64,000 nt of DNA, from the NCBI RefSeq assembly GCF_006345805.1, contig NC_042999.1:110236001-110300000 (forward strand), read 5' to 3'. Below, one piece after another: positions 11,518-23,143 of the stretch; position 1 is the first letter of the stretch, and the number at the start of each line of letters is the position of its first letter. The DNA is from Octopus sinensis (lineage: Eukaryota). A model generated the notes under the pieces. That model saw nothing but the letters and a program-made list of their open reading frames with translations, had not been told where the DNA came from and did not search any database. A program made the translations under genes and the position numbers.

Positions 11518-12440
11518 CGAGGTGGTATCAAAACGCTCCTGGACTAGTCCTGTAGCGCGCCAACAGATGGCAACACACGGTTGCGTGTACAGCAAGAGCT
11601 AGCAGCGACCTTCACGAAGCAGTGTGCCGAGTGACATTTCTGTGTTTACTTCGCGTGTTGTAAAATTTGCGTTTTTGTGATCACGTGTATGCTGTAGTCA
11701 GCGATTTTTGTTATGGACAGATGCTGGAACAAAGAGCCAATGTGAAGTTTTGCGTTAAAATTGGGAAGTCTGCTAGAGCGACATTGAGCATGCTTCGACA
11801 AGCTTACGGTGGTGAGGCAATGAGTGAGTCATACGCAATGTTTCGAGTGGCACGGGTGCACGACAGAGCTGCAGATAACTTAAGAACATGCTGGTCGTTT
11901 TTTTCTTTTTCGACATCTGCGGTACTGTGCATCGAGAATTCTTCCCCAGGACCAGACCGTCAGTCGAGAGTTCTACAGCAACGTTTTGACGCGTTTGATG
12001 GAGGACATTCGATGAAAAACGACCGGATCTGTGGAGTGTGAAGTATTGGATTCTTCAAGACGACAATGCACCCTGTCAACGAGCTCTCCCAACTCATGAG
12101 TTTCTCACCAAAAAAAACAAAAACAAAAAAAAACAAAAATCATGGTATCACTTTCGCACCCACTCTATTCACCAGATTTAGCACCTGCGGACTTCCATCT
12201 CTTCCCCCAAGATGAAAATGCAACTGTAAGGTCACCGGTTTGACACCGTGGTCAAGATCAAGAGCAAATCGCAGAAAACGGAAAACGGCTTCCAGGCCAG
12301 ATTCCAAAAGTGGCAGAAAAGCCGGGACCGGTGTATTGGTGCGCAAGGTGACTATTTCGAAGGAGACAATATTAAAACCTAGGTAAAAATTTATTTTTTA
12401 TTAAACATAACTAGTCCGGGAACTTTTTGATATCACCTCG
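11518..12440 (+). mobile_element. Internally deleted mariner transposon (~0.92 kb), inserted into a SINE head
   Basis: TIRs cgaggtggtatcaaaacgctcctggactagt / actagtccgggaactttttgatatcacctcg; TA TSDs at 11516-17 and 12441-42; remnants EQRANVKFCVKIGKSA, WILQDDNAPC, HPLYSPDLAPADFHLF; the WVPxxL/first-Asp region is missing. Confidence 0.92.
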
Positions 12441-12998
12441 TACATCCTAAGAACAAGTCCACGCGCCGTCAAGAATATTGTACATTTACTTAAATATGTG
12501 ACTCAACTCATAGCTGTTTAAAAAGTTTTATGGGCCCGTGTGCAAAGCAATGCATTGGAGACCCTACGTATATTTACAGGAAGCAAGCTTCATCATACTT
12601 ACGTAAAGCATTAGTCCCCCAAACCTTGTGGGCACCAGGACAAGTGTCTTGTTGTACCCGTGTCTTAAGACGTTCTGGGTCGACTTTATTTTCACGAATC
12701 TTTTCCTATAAGACATATTTATATAACTTTGTGTACGCACATACATACGCGTATAGGCATAAACACACACACGTATACAAGCACACACATACACACACAA
12801 ATACACACATTTATACTTATATGAATTAGCGAATGTTTGTATTTACAAACAGCGAAAGTACTCAATACATAATATAGAGTTGGGAGCTGAAGCTTGTATA
12901 TAGTCTGAAATAACGGGATAGTCACGGTTGAAATACTTTTGATCATAAGACCCTACGTTGAACTGGTTCTAACCAACAATTAAATTCCGGTAACGTGA

Positions 12999-13150
12999 AG
13001 GCGCGGGCATACCTGTGTGGTTAAGAAGTTCTCTTTGTAACCATATGGTTACTGGTTCAGTCCCACAACGCAGCAATTTCTTCTATAGCCCCGGGCCAGC
13101 CATACCTTTTGAGCTGTCTTGGTAAATGAAAACTGTGTGGAAGCCCTTCG
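12999..13150 (+). mobile_element. Degenerate CORE-like SINE 5' part
   Basis: ggcgcgggcatacctgtgtggttaagaag...ggttcagtcccac matches the family head. Confidence 0.65.
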
Positions 13151-13187
13151 TAATTATGTGTATGTGTGTGAGTGTGTGTGTATGTAA

Positions 13188-13500
13188 AGGCGCTTGGCTT
13201 CGTGGTTAGGGCATTCGGCTCACAATCGTAAGGTTGTGAGATCGATTCTTGGCGGCGCGTTGTGCCCTTAAGCAAGGCACTTTATTTCACATTGCTCAAG
13301 TCCACTCAGCTGCCATAAACGAGTAGGGGCCTGCATTTCAAAGAATCAGCCTTGTCACATTCTGTGTCACGCTGAACCCCTCCCCCTGATAACTAAGTTA
13401 GGGGTACGAGTGCCTGTGGAGTGCTCGGTGAATTTCACGAGCAAGCTGTTCCATAGATCAGGTCATTTGGAACCATTGTCATCGTAACCGACGGAGTGCC
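13188..13500 (+). mobile_element. tRNA-derived SINE (family of 46842-47228)
   Basis: tRNA-like head and the shared tail ctgtgtcacgctgaa...gtaaccgacggagtgc. Confidence 0.75.
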
Positions 13501-13574
13501 AAGTAGTTATGTATGTATGTATGTAGTATGTATGTATGTATGTATGTATGTATGTATGTATGTATGTATGTATC

Positions 13575-13780
13575 CTTGTGTTTGTCTCATCACCACTTGA
13601 TAACTGGTGTCGGTTTTGTTTACATCCTCCCTGCTTAGCGGTTCGGCGAAAGAATCCGTTAGAAAAAGTACCAAACTTAAAAAGAGAAAAAAAAAAGTTC
13701 TGGGGTCAATTTGTTCGTCTAAAACTCTTTAAGTCGGAGTCCCAGCATAACCACAGTCCAATGACTGAAACAAGAAAATG
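13575..13780 (+). mobile_element. CORE-like SINE 3' part
   Basis: cttagcggttcggc...gtcaaatgactgaaacaag-like tail following (TATG)n. Confidence 0.65.
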
Positions 13781-14302
13781 ACAAAGAGTTGTAGCCTATG
13801 TTATCTTCATAGAATGTGTAAATGTATAGCTATTTGTCAAACAGCAAAAAAAAAAAAAATAATAAATAATATAATAATAATAATAATAATCAATAAAATT
13901 CTCCGGGGAGTCAACTTGTTTCTTTATTTCTCATTACTTACGACAAAGCGATCTGCACATTGTATAAGTTCTTTATGGTTTTGCAGTGGCTGAAGTGGTT
14001 AAAGTTTTCTCGTGCGTATCAGAATTAATTTCAAGTCATTGCACAGCCGGGAGTCCTTTGAAATAAATTAAAGGGTGAAAAAAAAAAGGAAAAGAAAAAA
14101 AACCCCGCTTCTTCTCGGTTTAACGTTAGTTGAAAGGCTTAATGCTAGATGCTATAGTCAGATTGTTTCGGTCGCTTGTAAGAGTTCTCCTATCCTTGGG
14201 AACGGTTAATATATATAGCGCATGATACCAAAACAGTTCTTGTTATTCGACCGCGTAGATAATTCTATTACTTACATACTTGCGCATATACATACATAAC
14301 AC

Positions 14303-14372
<70 letters not shown>

Positions 14373-14736
14373 AATTGAAAAAACAAGTTTCTTATGATGT
14401 GTGTCGAATATAGATGCGGCTGTAAATAATAGCTAATGAATACATTGGGTTAAGAACCATCTTAAGTGGAGCAAAGACGGAAAGATAGCTGAGGACTCGA
14501 ACCAAGAAACTATTTAAATCGGAGAGTTGTGATACCATTGGATGAAAGGGCAACTTTGCGTCTTTTTTTCGTTCGAGGGATTTTTTTCTCATCCCGAACC
14601 ATCGTAAATCACACATAAGCACACACACACACTTATGCACACATACACTAGCATATACACACACAATACAGACACAGGGGGGAATCAGAAATACTGACTG
14701 AAATAATTTTTTTGAAATTAGAAAGCCTTCACTATG

Positions 14737-15263
14737 AGGATCTTTCCATTTTGAACGGCAGTTTTCAACACAATTTCTAGTTAACTAAACACTTTTAAAC
14801 TTCGTATACTGGTAGAATGTGTCAAAATAAAACATTTTTTTCTCTTTGCTTTCTTGAGAAAATTGTAATTTGTAAGTTTAACGTAGTTTAATTTTTCGAA
14901 TTTTAACCAATCCTATGGCCTCTATTGAGCTAAAATCATTTGCTGCGTCTAAAACAGACAACATCCTGTCACTAACCCTAACCCTAACCCTAGCCCTACA
15001 TTTTAGCCTCTAACCCTAACTCTAGTGACAGGATGTTGTCTCAGTTTTAGACGCAGCAAATGATTTTAGCTCAATAGTGGCCATAGGATTGGTTAAAATT
15101 CGAAAAATTAAACTACGATAAACTTATAAATTACAATTTTCTCAAGAAAACCAAGAGAAAAAAATGTTTTATTTTGACACATTCTACCAGCATACGAAGT
15201 TTATAAGTGTTTAGTTAACTAGAAATTATGCTAAAAAACTGCCGTTCAAAAGGAAAAGATCCT
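14737..15263. mobile_element. Fold-back (palindromic) DNA element, ~235-bp arms, telomere-like centre
   Basis: Arms are reverse complements from aggatctttcc...ttgaacggcagtttt inward to gacaacatcctgtcacta; centre has degenerate (TAACCC)n at ~14972-15021; flanks actatg / gctatg (candidate 6-bp TSD, 1 mismatch). Confidence 0.9.
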
Positions 15264-15410
15264 GCTATGATAATGAATTTTGAGGAGCAATCAACAAATC
15301 GTGAAACAGTGAATTAACAGACGCCCACTTTATTTTCTGCAACATCAAAAGTAGAGAAGAAATGTTTACATTTTTATAAAATTCATCACAACTAAGGTTT
15401 TCTTACATCA

Positions 15411-15778
15411 AGGCGCAGGAGTGGCCGTGTGAAGTAGCTTGCTTACCATCTACATGATTCCGGGTTCGGTCCCACTGCGTGGCACCTTGGACAAGTGTCT
15501 TCTACTATAACCTCCGGCCAACGAAAGCCTTGTGAGTGGATTTGGTAGATGTAAACTGAAAGAAGCCCGTCGTATATATATGTGAGTGTGTGTGTGTGTG
15601 TGTGTTTGTCCCCCCAGCATCGCTTGACAACCGATGCTGGTGTGTTTACGTCCCTGTAACTTAGCGGTTCGGCAAAAATGACCGATAGAATAAGTACTAG
15701 GCTTACAAAGAATAAACCTTGTGGTCGATTTGCTCGATTAAAGACGGTGCTCCAACATGACCGCACTCAAACTACAAA
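15411..15778 (+). mobile_element. Near full-length tRNA-derived CORE-like SINE (Octopus OR2-like)
   Basis: Head aggcgcaggagtggccgtg, B-box-like ggttcggtcccac, CORE-like ggcaccttggacaagtgtcttctactata, internal (TG)n, tail cttagcggttcggcaaaa. The OR2 name is my tentative recognition. Confidence 0.85.
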
Positions 15779-16807
15779 CAAATAATAGAATATATATATG
15801 TATATATATATAAATTTATATTAATGTATGCGTATGTATGTGTCTGTGCGTGTATGAGTGGATATATATGTAACGGATAAAGATTATTTTTGTAACGGTT
15901 GAAATTGTTTTGTAACGGCAAGTTGTAGGATATGAAAGATGATCAATGTATGAAGTTTTAAGAAAGTATTTATTTATCGTTACGTTGAAAATACTTTGCC
16001 TCGTCGGGCAGGTTATACAATCCGAGAGCAAACGAAAGAAAGTTAGATGTAGTAGAATTTTTCTTTGTATAGTTTTGCGTACACGTTGTTAGTAGTAATC
16101 CACAGATAGCGATAGAATGATGTTGTAAGAGAACAGAATTAAGTTAGAGAAAGTTGTAGGGTCGTGGGACGTTGTCTCACAGTTGCTGACAGTAAATTTC
16201 ATTACTCTGTCTGGCTATTGTCTTTGGTAGCTGCCTTGCTTATGGTCATGATTCTAGCAGTCCGTTCCTAATTGACTGAGTTGTCACGAGCCGACGCACT
16301 CAGTTATCACCAAGTGACTATGGTTTTTGCTTGAGGGTTCTTGCTTTTATAACTATCCAGAAGGATAGAAATAACGTTGAGAAGAATGGGCTTCGTTGGT
16401 GGTACTATGATATCTCTATTCTAGCTTTTAGTGAAGTAGAAGAGGTTATAAGGGTCAAGTGGTGAAGACAATATTTCGGCCTAGCTAAAGGCATCTGGCA
16501 TATGTAAAACTGCTGTCACTGAAAAAATTAATTGTTCTACCGTGAGAAAAGTTCTGTTGAACTGTTACTTGAATTTTGGTTATGGTGGATCGAATTCACT
16601 TCATGCTTGCAAGATTCACTACACACACACACACACACACACACACCACACACACACACACACATAAATACAAAATGGGATAAGAACGCAAAACATCCAG
16701 ACAGGTAGGTGATACAAGAAAAGGACAACAAAACATCCAGATAGACGATACAAAAAAGAGTCAGTCGAGTTCCAGATTATCTTTGCAATTTCGGCTAGTT
16801 ATATATA

Positions 16808-16849
<42 letters not shown>

Positions 16850-17064
16850 GCATATATACTCATACATACGGACACATGCTTGCATGTTTACACATCTGCA
16901 TGTATGTGTGATCAAATACTTGAATATGCACCAATTTTAACCTGGAAGACAAATCCAAATTCATCTACATAGAGGAGAAAAGCGAAAGCTCAATGCGCGC
17001 ATATAACGTAAATGTAGCTCGCAACCCCTTACCAACTTGATATGTTTTTGTAGATAAAATCATG

Positions 17065-17340
17065 AAGGCGCTTGGCGTAGTTGTCAGGGTGTTGCACTTA
17101 TGATTACTAAATCGTGGTTTCAATTCTCGGACCGGACTGTCTGTTGTGTTCTTGAACAAAACGCTTCATTTCAAGTTGCTCTGCGATCTCTTCGACAGCT
17201 GACATGTGGTACATCGCGCACTTGTTTAGGCAACATCGATTTGATAGAGAAAGTTATCTTATGTACAGCACAAACATTTGATTACTATTAACAAAACATC
17301 TGCGTGAGTTGTTCGGCATGTAATAGCCGAACCCTCATCA
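17065..17340 (+). mobile_element. Degenerate tRNA-derived SINE
   Basis: aaggcgcttggcgtagttgtcagggtg...gtggtttcaattctcggacc head; homologous to 53260-53560 on the minus strand. Confidence 0.6.
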
Positions 17341-17401
17341 GTCATCTACGACAGAAAAGTGTCCACTAGGTAAAATCATATTTTAATATTATCGACCGAT
17401 G

Positions 17402-17520
17402 AAGGCGGCTAGCTGGCAGAATCGTTAGTCCGCCGGGCAAAATGTTTAGTGGTATTTCGTCCATCTTTACGTTCAGAGTTTAAATTACGCCGATGTCGAC
17501 TTTGTCCTTCATTCTTTTGG
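17402..17520 (+). mobile_element. Meta/Nin-type SINE 5' part
   Basis: aaggcggctagctggcagaatcgttag...gtcgactttgtccttcattctttt, the reverse complement of the family at 6744-7136. Confidence 0.8.
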
Positions 17521-17524
17521 ATAG

Positions 17525-17680
17525 GTAACTGGTGAGGCTCGTGAGCGCGTTTGGCTGTTCCAGCGCATCAGCCTCGCCATCACCCGCGGCAACGTTGCAA
17601 GCGTACTGGTGTTTCTCAATAGCCATTAGAGAGGTTTCCTAGCACCCCCAACTTTTCAACCCAAGGTGGTAAATTGTTTT
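17525..17680 (+). mobile_element. 3' end of a CRE-clade (RLE-type) non-LTR retrotransposon
   Basis: 17525-17629 translates VTGEARERVWLFQRISLAITRGNVASVLVFLNSH*, matching the C-terminal TGDxRExxxLFQRLSxAxQRGNAxSVL motif of CRE-type ORFs; followed by a T-rich 3' region. Confidence 0.65.
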
Positions 17681-17977
17681 GTTTTTTCATTTTTCTCTTT
17701 TTTCTTTTTATTTTTTTTCTTCTTTCTTTTTAATTTTTTCGATTGTGTTCTCTGTTTTGTCCAATTTTCTAATTTAATTTTGTAAAACGGTAAACACTGT
17801 GAAGGCAATATATACAACTTTGTATAACAGAGTACCATTTCAGTGTCATTGGAGAGAACACATAGAAAATTCCAAACTGGTTTTCGAATCTTGACCAGGA
17901 ACCTAGGAAGTGATTCGCTTCCTACGGATTACAAGAGACTACCATCATATACTTACGTACGTACGTCCGTCCGTCCG

Positions 17978-18415
17978 TATGTATGTATGTATGTATGTAT
18001 GTATGTATGTATGTATGTATGTATGTATGTATGTATGTATGTATGTATGTATGTATGTATGTATGTATGTATGTATGTATGTATGTATGTATGTATGCAT
18101 GCATGCATGCATGTATGTATGTATGTATGTATGTATGTATGTATGTATGTATGTATGTATGTATGTATGTACGTACGTCCGTATGTATGTATGTACGTAC
18201 GTCCGTATGTATGTATGTTGTATGTATGTATGTAGTATACATGCATGCATGCATGCATGTATGTATGCATGTATGTATGTATGCATGCATGTATGTATGT
18301 ATGTATGTACGTCCGTATGTATGTATGTATGTATGTATGTATGTATGTACGTCCGTATGTATGTATGTATGTATGTATGTATGTATGTATGTATGTATGT
18401 ATGTATGTATGTATA
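17978..18415. repeat. (TATG)n microsatellite with tacgtccg variants
   Basis: Direct reading. Confidence 0.98.
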
Positions 18416-19503
18416 AAGTGAGCTAGTATAATCATTAGCACCCCGGACAAAATACTTAACGGCATTTCTTCCGACTCTTTATGTTCTGAGATAAAATACT
18501 GCCGAAATCCTTTCCCCGTTTTGTGATCGATGAAATTAAACATCAATCAGAGTTGATGTAATCGACTAACACCCTCCTCCTCTAAGAAAAAATTCCTGCC
18601 TTTTTTTTTGCCAACGGTCAAGAGTTTAGTATATTCAGAACATACTACGGTGGGGTGGTGTGGGGGTGTAAAAACAAACAAAAATAGATATAATCGCCTG
18701 TAGGGATTGAACCACGTATCTGTCCGACTGCGGTAACAGCTGCTCAAAAATGACCAAATCGCCCCCCCCCCACACCTTCACTCCTTACCACCAAAATTAG
18801 CACAAGTAAACAAACCGGGAGCCAGTTACCATTGTTTACCTTCGTTTGAATCACACAAACTTTAATGGTATTTTTTTTCTCTTTCATACACACACACACA
18901 CACACACACTCATTCTCTCACATACATATACATATGTTTCGGGTTCTGTAAATTGTATTTGTTTTTTAACCACCAACTGATTAGTAAGTTTTGACATGTG
19001 TTAATTTCGATCAGGTTTTTGCTACATATCCTATGTATTCAACCACAAATAACTGTCATTATTGTTATTACACTGAGTGACATATAGCTGTCGTATTGCC
19101 AAAAGTAAGCTGATTAACTTGACCTCAGTGCTGAGGTTAAATCGTAAGCTGCTTATTGTACGTAGTATAAACTACCTTGATCAATTGTTGATAATGTTTC
19201 TTCTCTTTAAACATGACAGAATCCATCTTAAACAAATATTGGTTCACATCGTTTGACGGGAGAACATTTAAATAATATATTGTATTTATATTTTGAATTG
19301 TTTTTCCTTTTATTTCTCGGTTATTGGATTTCATATTGGAGACTGGCACGTTTAGGAACGAATTATGACTAAAATTCTTGAGATCCAATACATTGCATGA
19401 TAATTTCATTTAGTATTTACGCTAAATCTCTAAAACTCATATCTCTATTCTAGCTGTTTCTAATAAAGTATGATTTTGGATGTATTCAGTCCAAAAGTCT
19501 TAA

Positions 19504-19561
<58 letters not shown>

Positions 19562-21733
19562 GCCTGTGTTTGCACGCGCGTTTGTCCGTGTACATACTCG
19601 ACTTAGAGAACCGAAGGCAGTGCCTATATAATCCTTTTTGAAGGACCTACATAACTAGAATGACAAGAATGAAATCACGACACACGAACTGCTTTTGTAG
19701 TGAACAGTACATCATTATATCGAGTGGACAGAATGGATTCTCCTAGAAACACCCGATGACCAAATGAAATGTTAGTCCTAGTGCAGGAGGACTATTACTC
19801 AAATTTAATTCCCATTTAATTTAATTTGGTAGTAAGGCGAAATTTCTTAAACGCATCTATATTCTAGCTGCCCAAATGAAATAGGTTTTAGAAGATATTT
19901 TAATTTATATATATATCTTCTTTATTGAGAACATAGTTGCAATCTCACGCTTGAGATTGCATAGAAATTTAAGTACCATAAAAAAATTAAAATGTGAAAT
20001 AATAGATAAAAAGTTTTTTTTTCCATTACAATCACAAAATGGAAAAAAAAACACACTCTTTACTGGTTGATAAATCGGTCTAGCTGTGGCACGTTATGAC
20101 TGCCCAAAATAAAATGTACCCGACATAGGTTTCCATTTTGATGTACAGGAAAAGAACGCACATACAGAGAAAAGGGATTCGTTACAGATATACTAAGAGA
20201 ATGTTGAATGTTACAAGTATGAAAATGCTACATTATAGAACTTGAACACAGCCTTCTACAAAGCTAATCGCTTATATATATATCCTACTGTAATTACACG
20301 CAGCATAACTGTATGTGTCCTTAATACATGTGAAACCTGCAAATGAATCGGCAGTGATGTTTGCCTTTTAGCTTACATACAAATATGGAGTTGCATTCAC
20401 GTTAAAGGATGTTCTTGATAAAAACTTAATTGGAAGAATGAAATATATAGACGAAGTTGTTTTAGAGTTCTGCACTGTAAAAACTGCAATTTGTGAAAAG
20501 TGAGAAGTTTTGCTAACAATGTTAAGCTCTCGATTGTTCTTAGTGTGAGTTCATAATGTCCTCTATTGAAATTGAGTTTGTCGCCGTTTTGCGTAACGTT
20601 ACCTGAAAACCCGGTAAAAGGGTTTACTGGATAAATATTTTGTAACTGATTCGATGTAAAAGACGACTGGTTATCCGATAACTTTCAGCTGGTCTTCATA
20701 CCTAACAACTACTGTTAACGACTGCATATATTTGGTTATAACTTGATCACAAAACCCCGACTGATCCAGACAGTAACGAGGTAGATTTGGTCGTAAGTGA
20801 ACTAGGTGAATTAGTTGATTAATCGAGAAAGATCCTGGTGTAGGTTTGTGCTGGCGCCAGTTGGTCTGAGTAGGAAAAAATCTTACTGTAAATCTAATTA
20901 TTTAAGTCCGCATCACAAGCAAATCACAAATATAATGAGGTAAGATATTCACTAAAACCTTGATACTTCTCAACTACTTTTTGCTTCAATAGAAACATTT
21001 TAGATATTGTAAATAAATGATTTTAAACAATCTTTCCTATCCGTTTATTGCAAAAATATCTGATGGAATTGTAGAAGAACACATTAATTTTATTATTAAT
21101 ATTAGACATCTTGTCAATTTGGCTGTTTTATCCTTAAATACTAGTAAATCGGCGCACCAGTTTTTCAAAGTATCAAGTCGCATGACCCAGTTGTTGGTCG
21201 AATTAGCAGCAGGTATTTGGTCGGTTTTAACAGTCCAATTGTGAGTTTGCAACAAAGTTTGTTCCCAATGCGGGAAAAAAGCACTTTTTCCAGTGGAGCC
21301 TACCCATGGTAATAAAAACGCGAGTTTCTCCCGCTCTTGGTCTTTTTTGTACAAGCTGCCATTGACCAGATAACAACCAGTCTCACAGCTTTCTTCTCTT
21401 TCTTATCGCCCGTCTTCATCGTTGCAGCAACAGACATCAGACCACAGCCACATCATCAGACCCAGCAGAACTGAAATCATTTGAATACTTGTTCCAGACT
21501 GTAGTATTAGCATCAATCCCTTTGGCAATCTCTTATTATTATAATGAGACGAATAAATCGTAACTTTTTCAATTTATTCAAATCTTATCGTTCTTCTTTC
21601 CACACCACGTCATTATAAATGGTGATCTATAAACCTCTTCCCGTTATAATATAATTAATCAACTACGCCTTTTCGCCATAAATTGATGACTTTGGTACCT
21701 ATATAAGATATCATCATTTTTAGTATTACTGCA

Positions 21734-21950
21734 AAGGCGGCGTGAGTCAGAATTGATAGAATCTTTGCGGCATTTTGTTCGCTTTTATGTCCAGAGTTAA
21801 AATGTTGCAGAGGTCTTCTTTGCCTTTAATCCTTTCGGGATGGTGAAATAAGTAAAAGTTGGCAACTGAGGTTGGTGTAATCGACTAGTGCCCTCCCTCA
21901 GAATTTCAGGCTTTGTGCCTATCATAGAAAGGATTATTATTATTATTATT
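21734..21950 (+). mobile_element. Degenerate Meta/Nin-type SINE
   Basis: aaggcggcg...ttgcctttaatcctttcggg...gtaatcgactagtgccctccc...gaaaggattattatt. Confidence 0.7.
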
Positions 21951-22853
21951 ATTGCAATATTTCTTCTTGCTCATTACTTTCTGCACTCATATCCTGCTGG
22001 TGTTAGTCTTGCCTGTTACCTCTCTGTGGTCTCTCTGTGGTCAATAAAATAAAGTACTCAGGTAGTAGTTTCAATGTGATAGACTAACACCTTCGCCTCG
22101 AAATTGCTGGCTTAGAAACAATTACTATTTTCGTTTTCAAACTGCTAGGAACACAAGTGGTATTAGATGGTTGTTCGTTCGTTTAAGTTAATTTTCCCAA
22201 CGAAGGTAGGAATTTTTGACGTTCCATTTGCAGAAGATATTGTCAGAAGGGAGAGAGTATCGACATCTCTTCATATTCCAACTAAATAGGGGAGTTATAT
22301 TGTCATTTTTCTTTATCGTTTGCTCGGTGGGTAGATAAACATTTTCAGACATGTCAACAAAACCGTTGACAGTTGAAAACGAATATGTGGTGATGTAGCC
22401 ACTAGGGGAGGGATTATGACATAGCAAAAGGTTATGTCTGTCGGCTGCGTCAATGAATTTTCTTTCGAAAACGTAAACAGATTTTTTTCCTCAGAAAATT
22501 TCGATTAAAATTAGTAAAAAAAAACACGTAAATATTGACGCTGCCAACATCATTGGCACCATGCAGCAATACAACACTATGACTAGAAATGGAATTGATA
22601 TCAACAATAGAACAACAACATTAAAAGCGACAGAAACAACGATAATAGTACAAAGGAAGATGACAATGTTACAACCAAAAGCTACAGTATCAACGAGAAA
22701 GCCTGTGCATGACCACTCACCCTTGTAGAAATAGCAGCCACATATTCAGATCACGCCCTACTCCTGAAAAAGGTAAGTCTCGAAATGAATAATGCAATTG
22801 TAGATTTACTACTTGTGCGTGTGTGTATGTATGTGTGCGTGCGTGCGTGCGTA

Positions 22854-22903
<50 letters not shown>

Positions 22904-22906
<3 letters not shown>

Positions 22907-23096
22907 AGAGTTACGAAAAAAAAAAAACAAAAGACGAAGACAGGTGTGTACAAAACAAACAGATGTATTAGTTTAACGCTCAGGAATAAAAAAAGTCTTT
23001 TACGTTTCGAGCCTAGGCTCTTCTACAGAAAGGGACACAGAAAAAAAACAAGGAGAGAAAAAAATGTGTGTAGTGGCTAACGATCTACCATGGCGA

Positions 23097-23100
<4 letters not shown>
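22904..23100 (-). mobile_element. Short (TA)n-embedded element with a hammerhead motif (A6>U variant)
   Basis: Minus strand CTTT-CTGTAGA-A-GAGC-CTAG-GCTC-GAAA-CGT-A-AAAG at 22997-23032; perfect (TA)n both sides; homologous to 4491-4632. Confidence 0.75.

Positions 23101-23143
<43 letters not shown>

Noticed and set aside
16467-16498. Possible hammerhead remnant on the minus strand (cagatgcc...ggccgaaatattgtc)
   Set aside because: The 5' core is too degraded (CAGAUGC) and stem I does not form; at best a dead relic.
17843-18546. Long MYVC/HTYI ORFs, and similar ones at 8.7-9.2, 30.4-31.0, 52.3-52.8 and 56.2-56.6 kb
   Set aside because: Translations of (TATG)n, (TACA)n and (TA)n microsatellites.
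19098-19156. Hairpin ttgacctcag-tg-ctgaggttaa as a pre-miRNA
   Set aside because: Only ~10 contiguous bp with a very tight loop and large bulges beyond; no match to a miRNA I recognise.
19137-19409. 90-aa ORF with an LRR-like NFSHNSFLNVP
   Set aside because: Single imperfect motif, no second repeat, in-frame stop directly before the ATG; this length is expected by chance in 64 kb.
21037-21354. 105-aa ORF with GSTGKS as a P-loop or viral helicase
   Set aside because: Not a GxxxxGK[ST] Walker A (Trp at the first position), no Walker B, and a stop lies just upstream.
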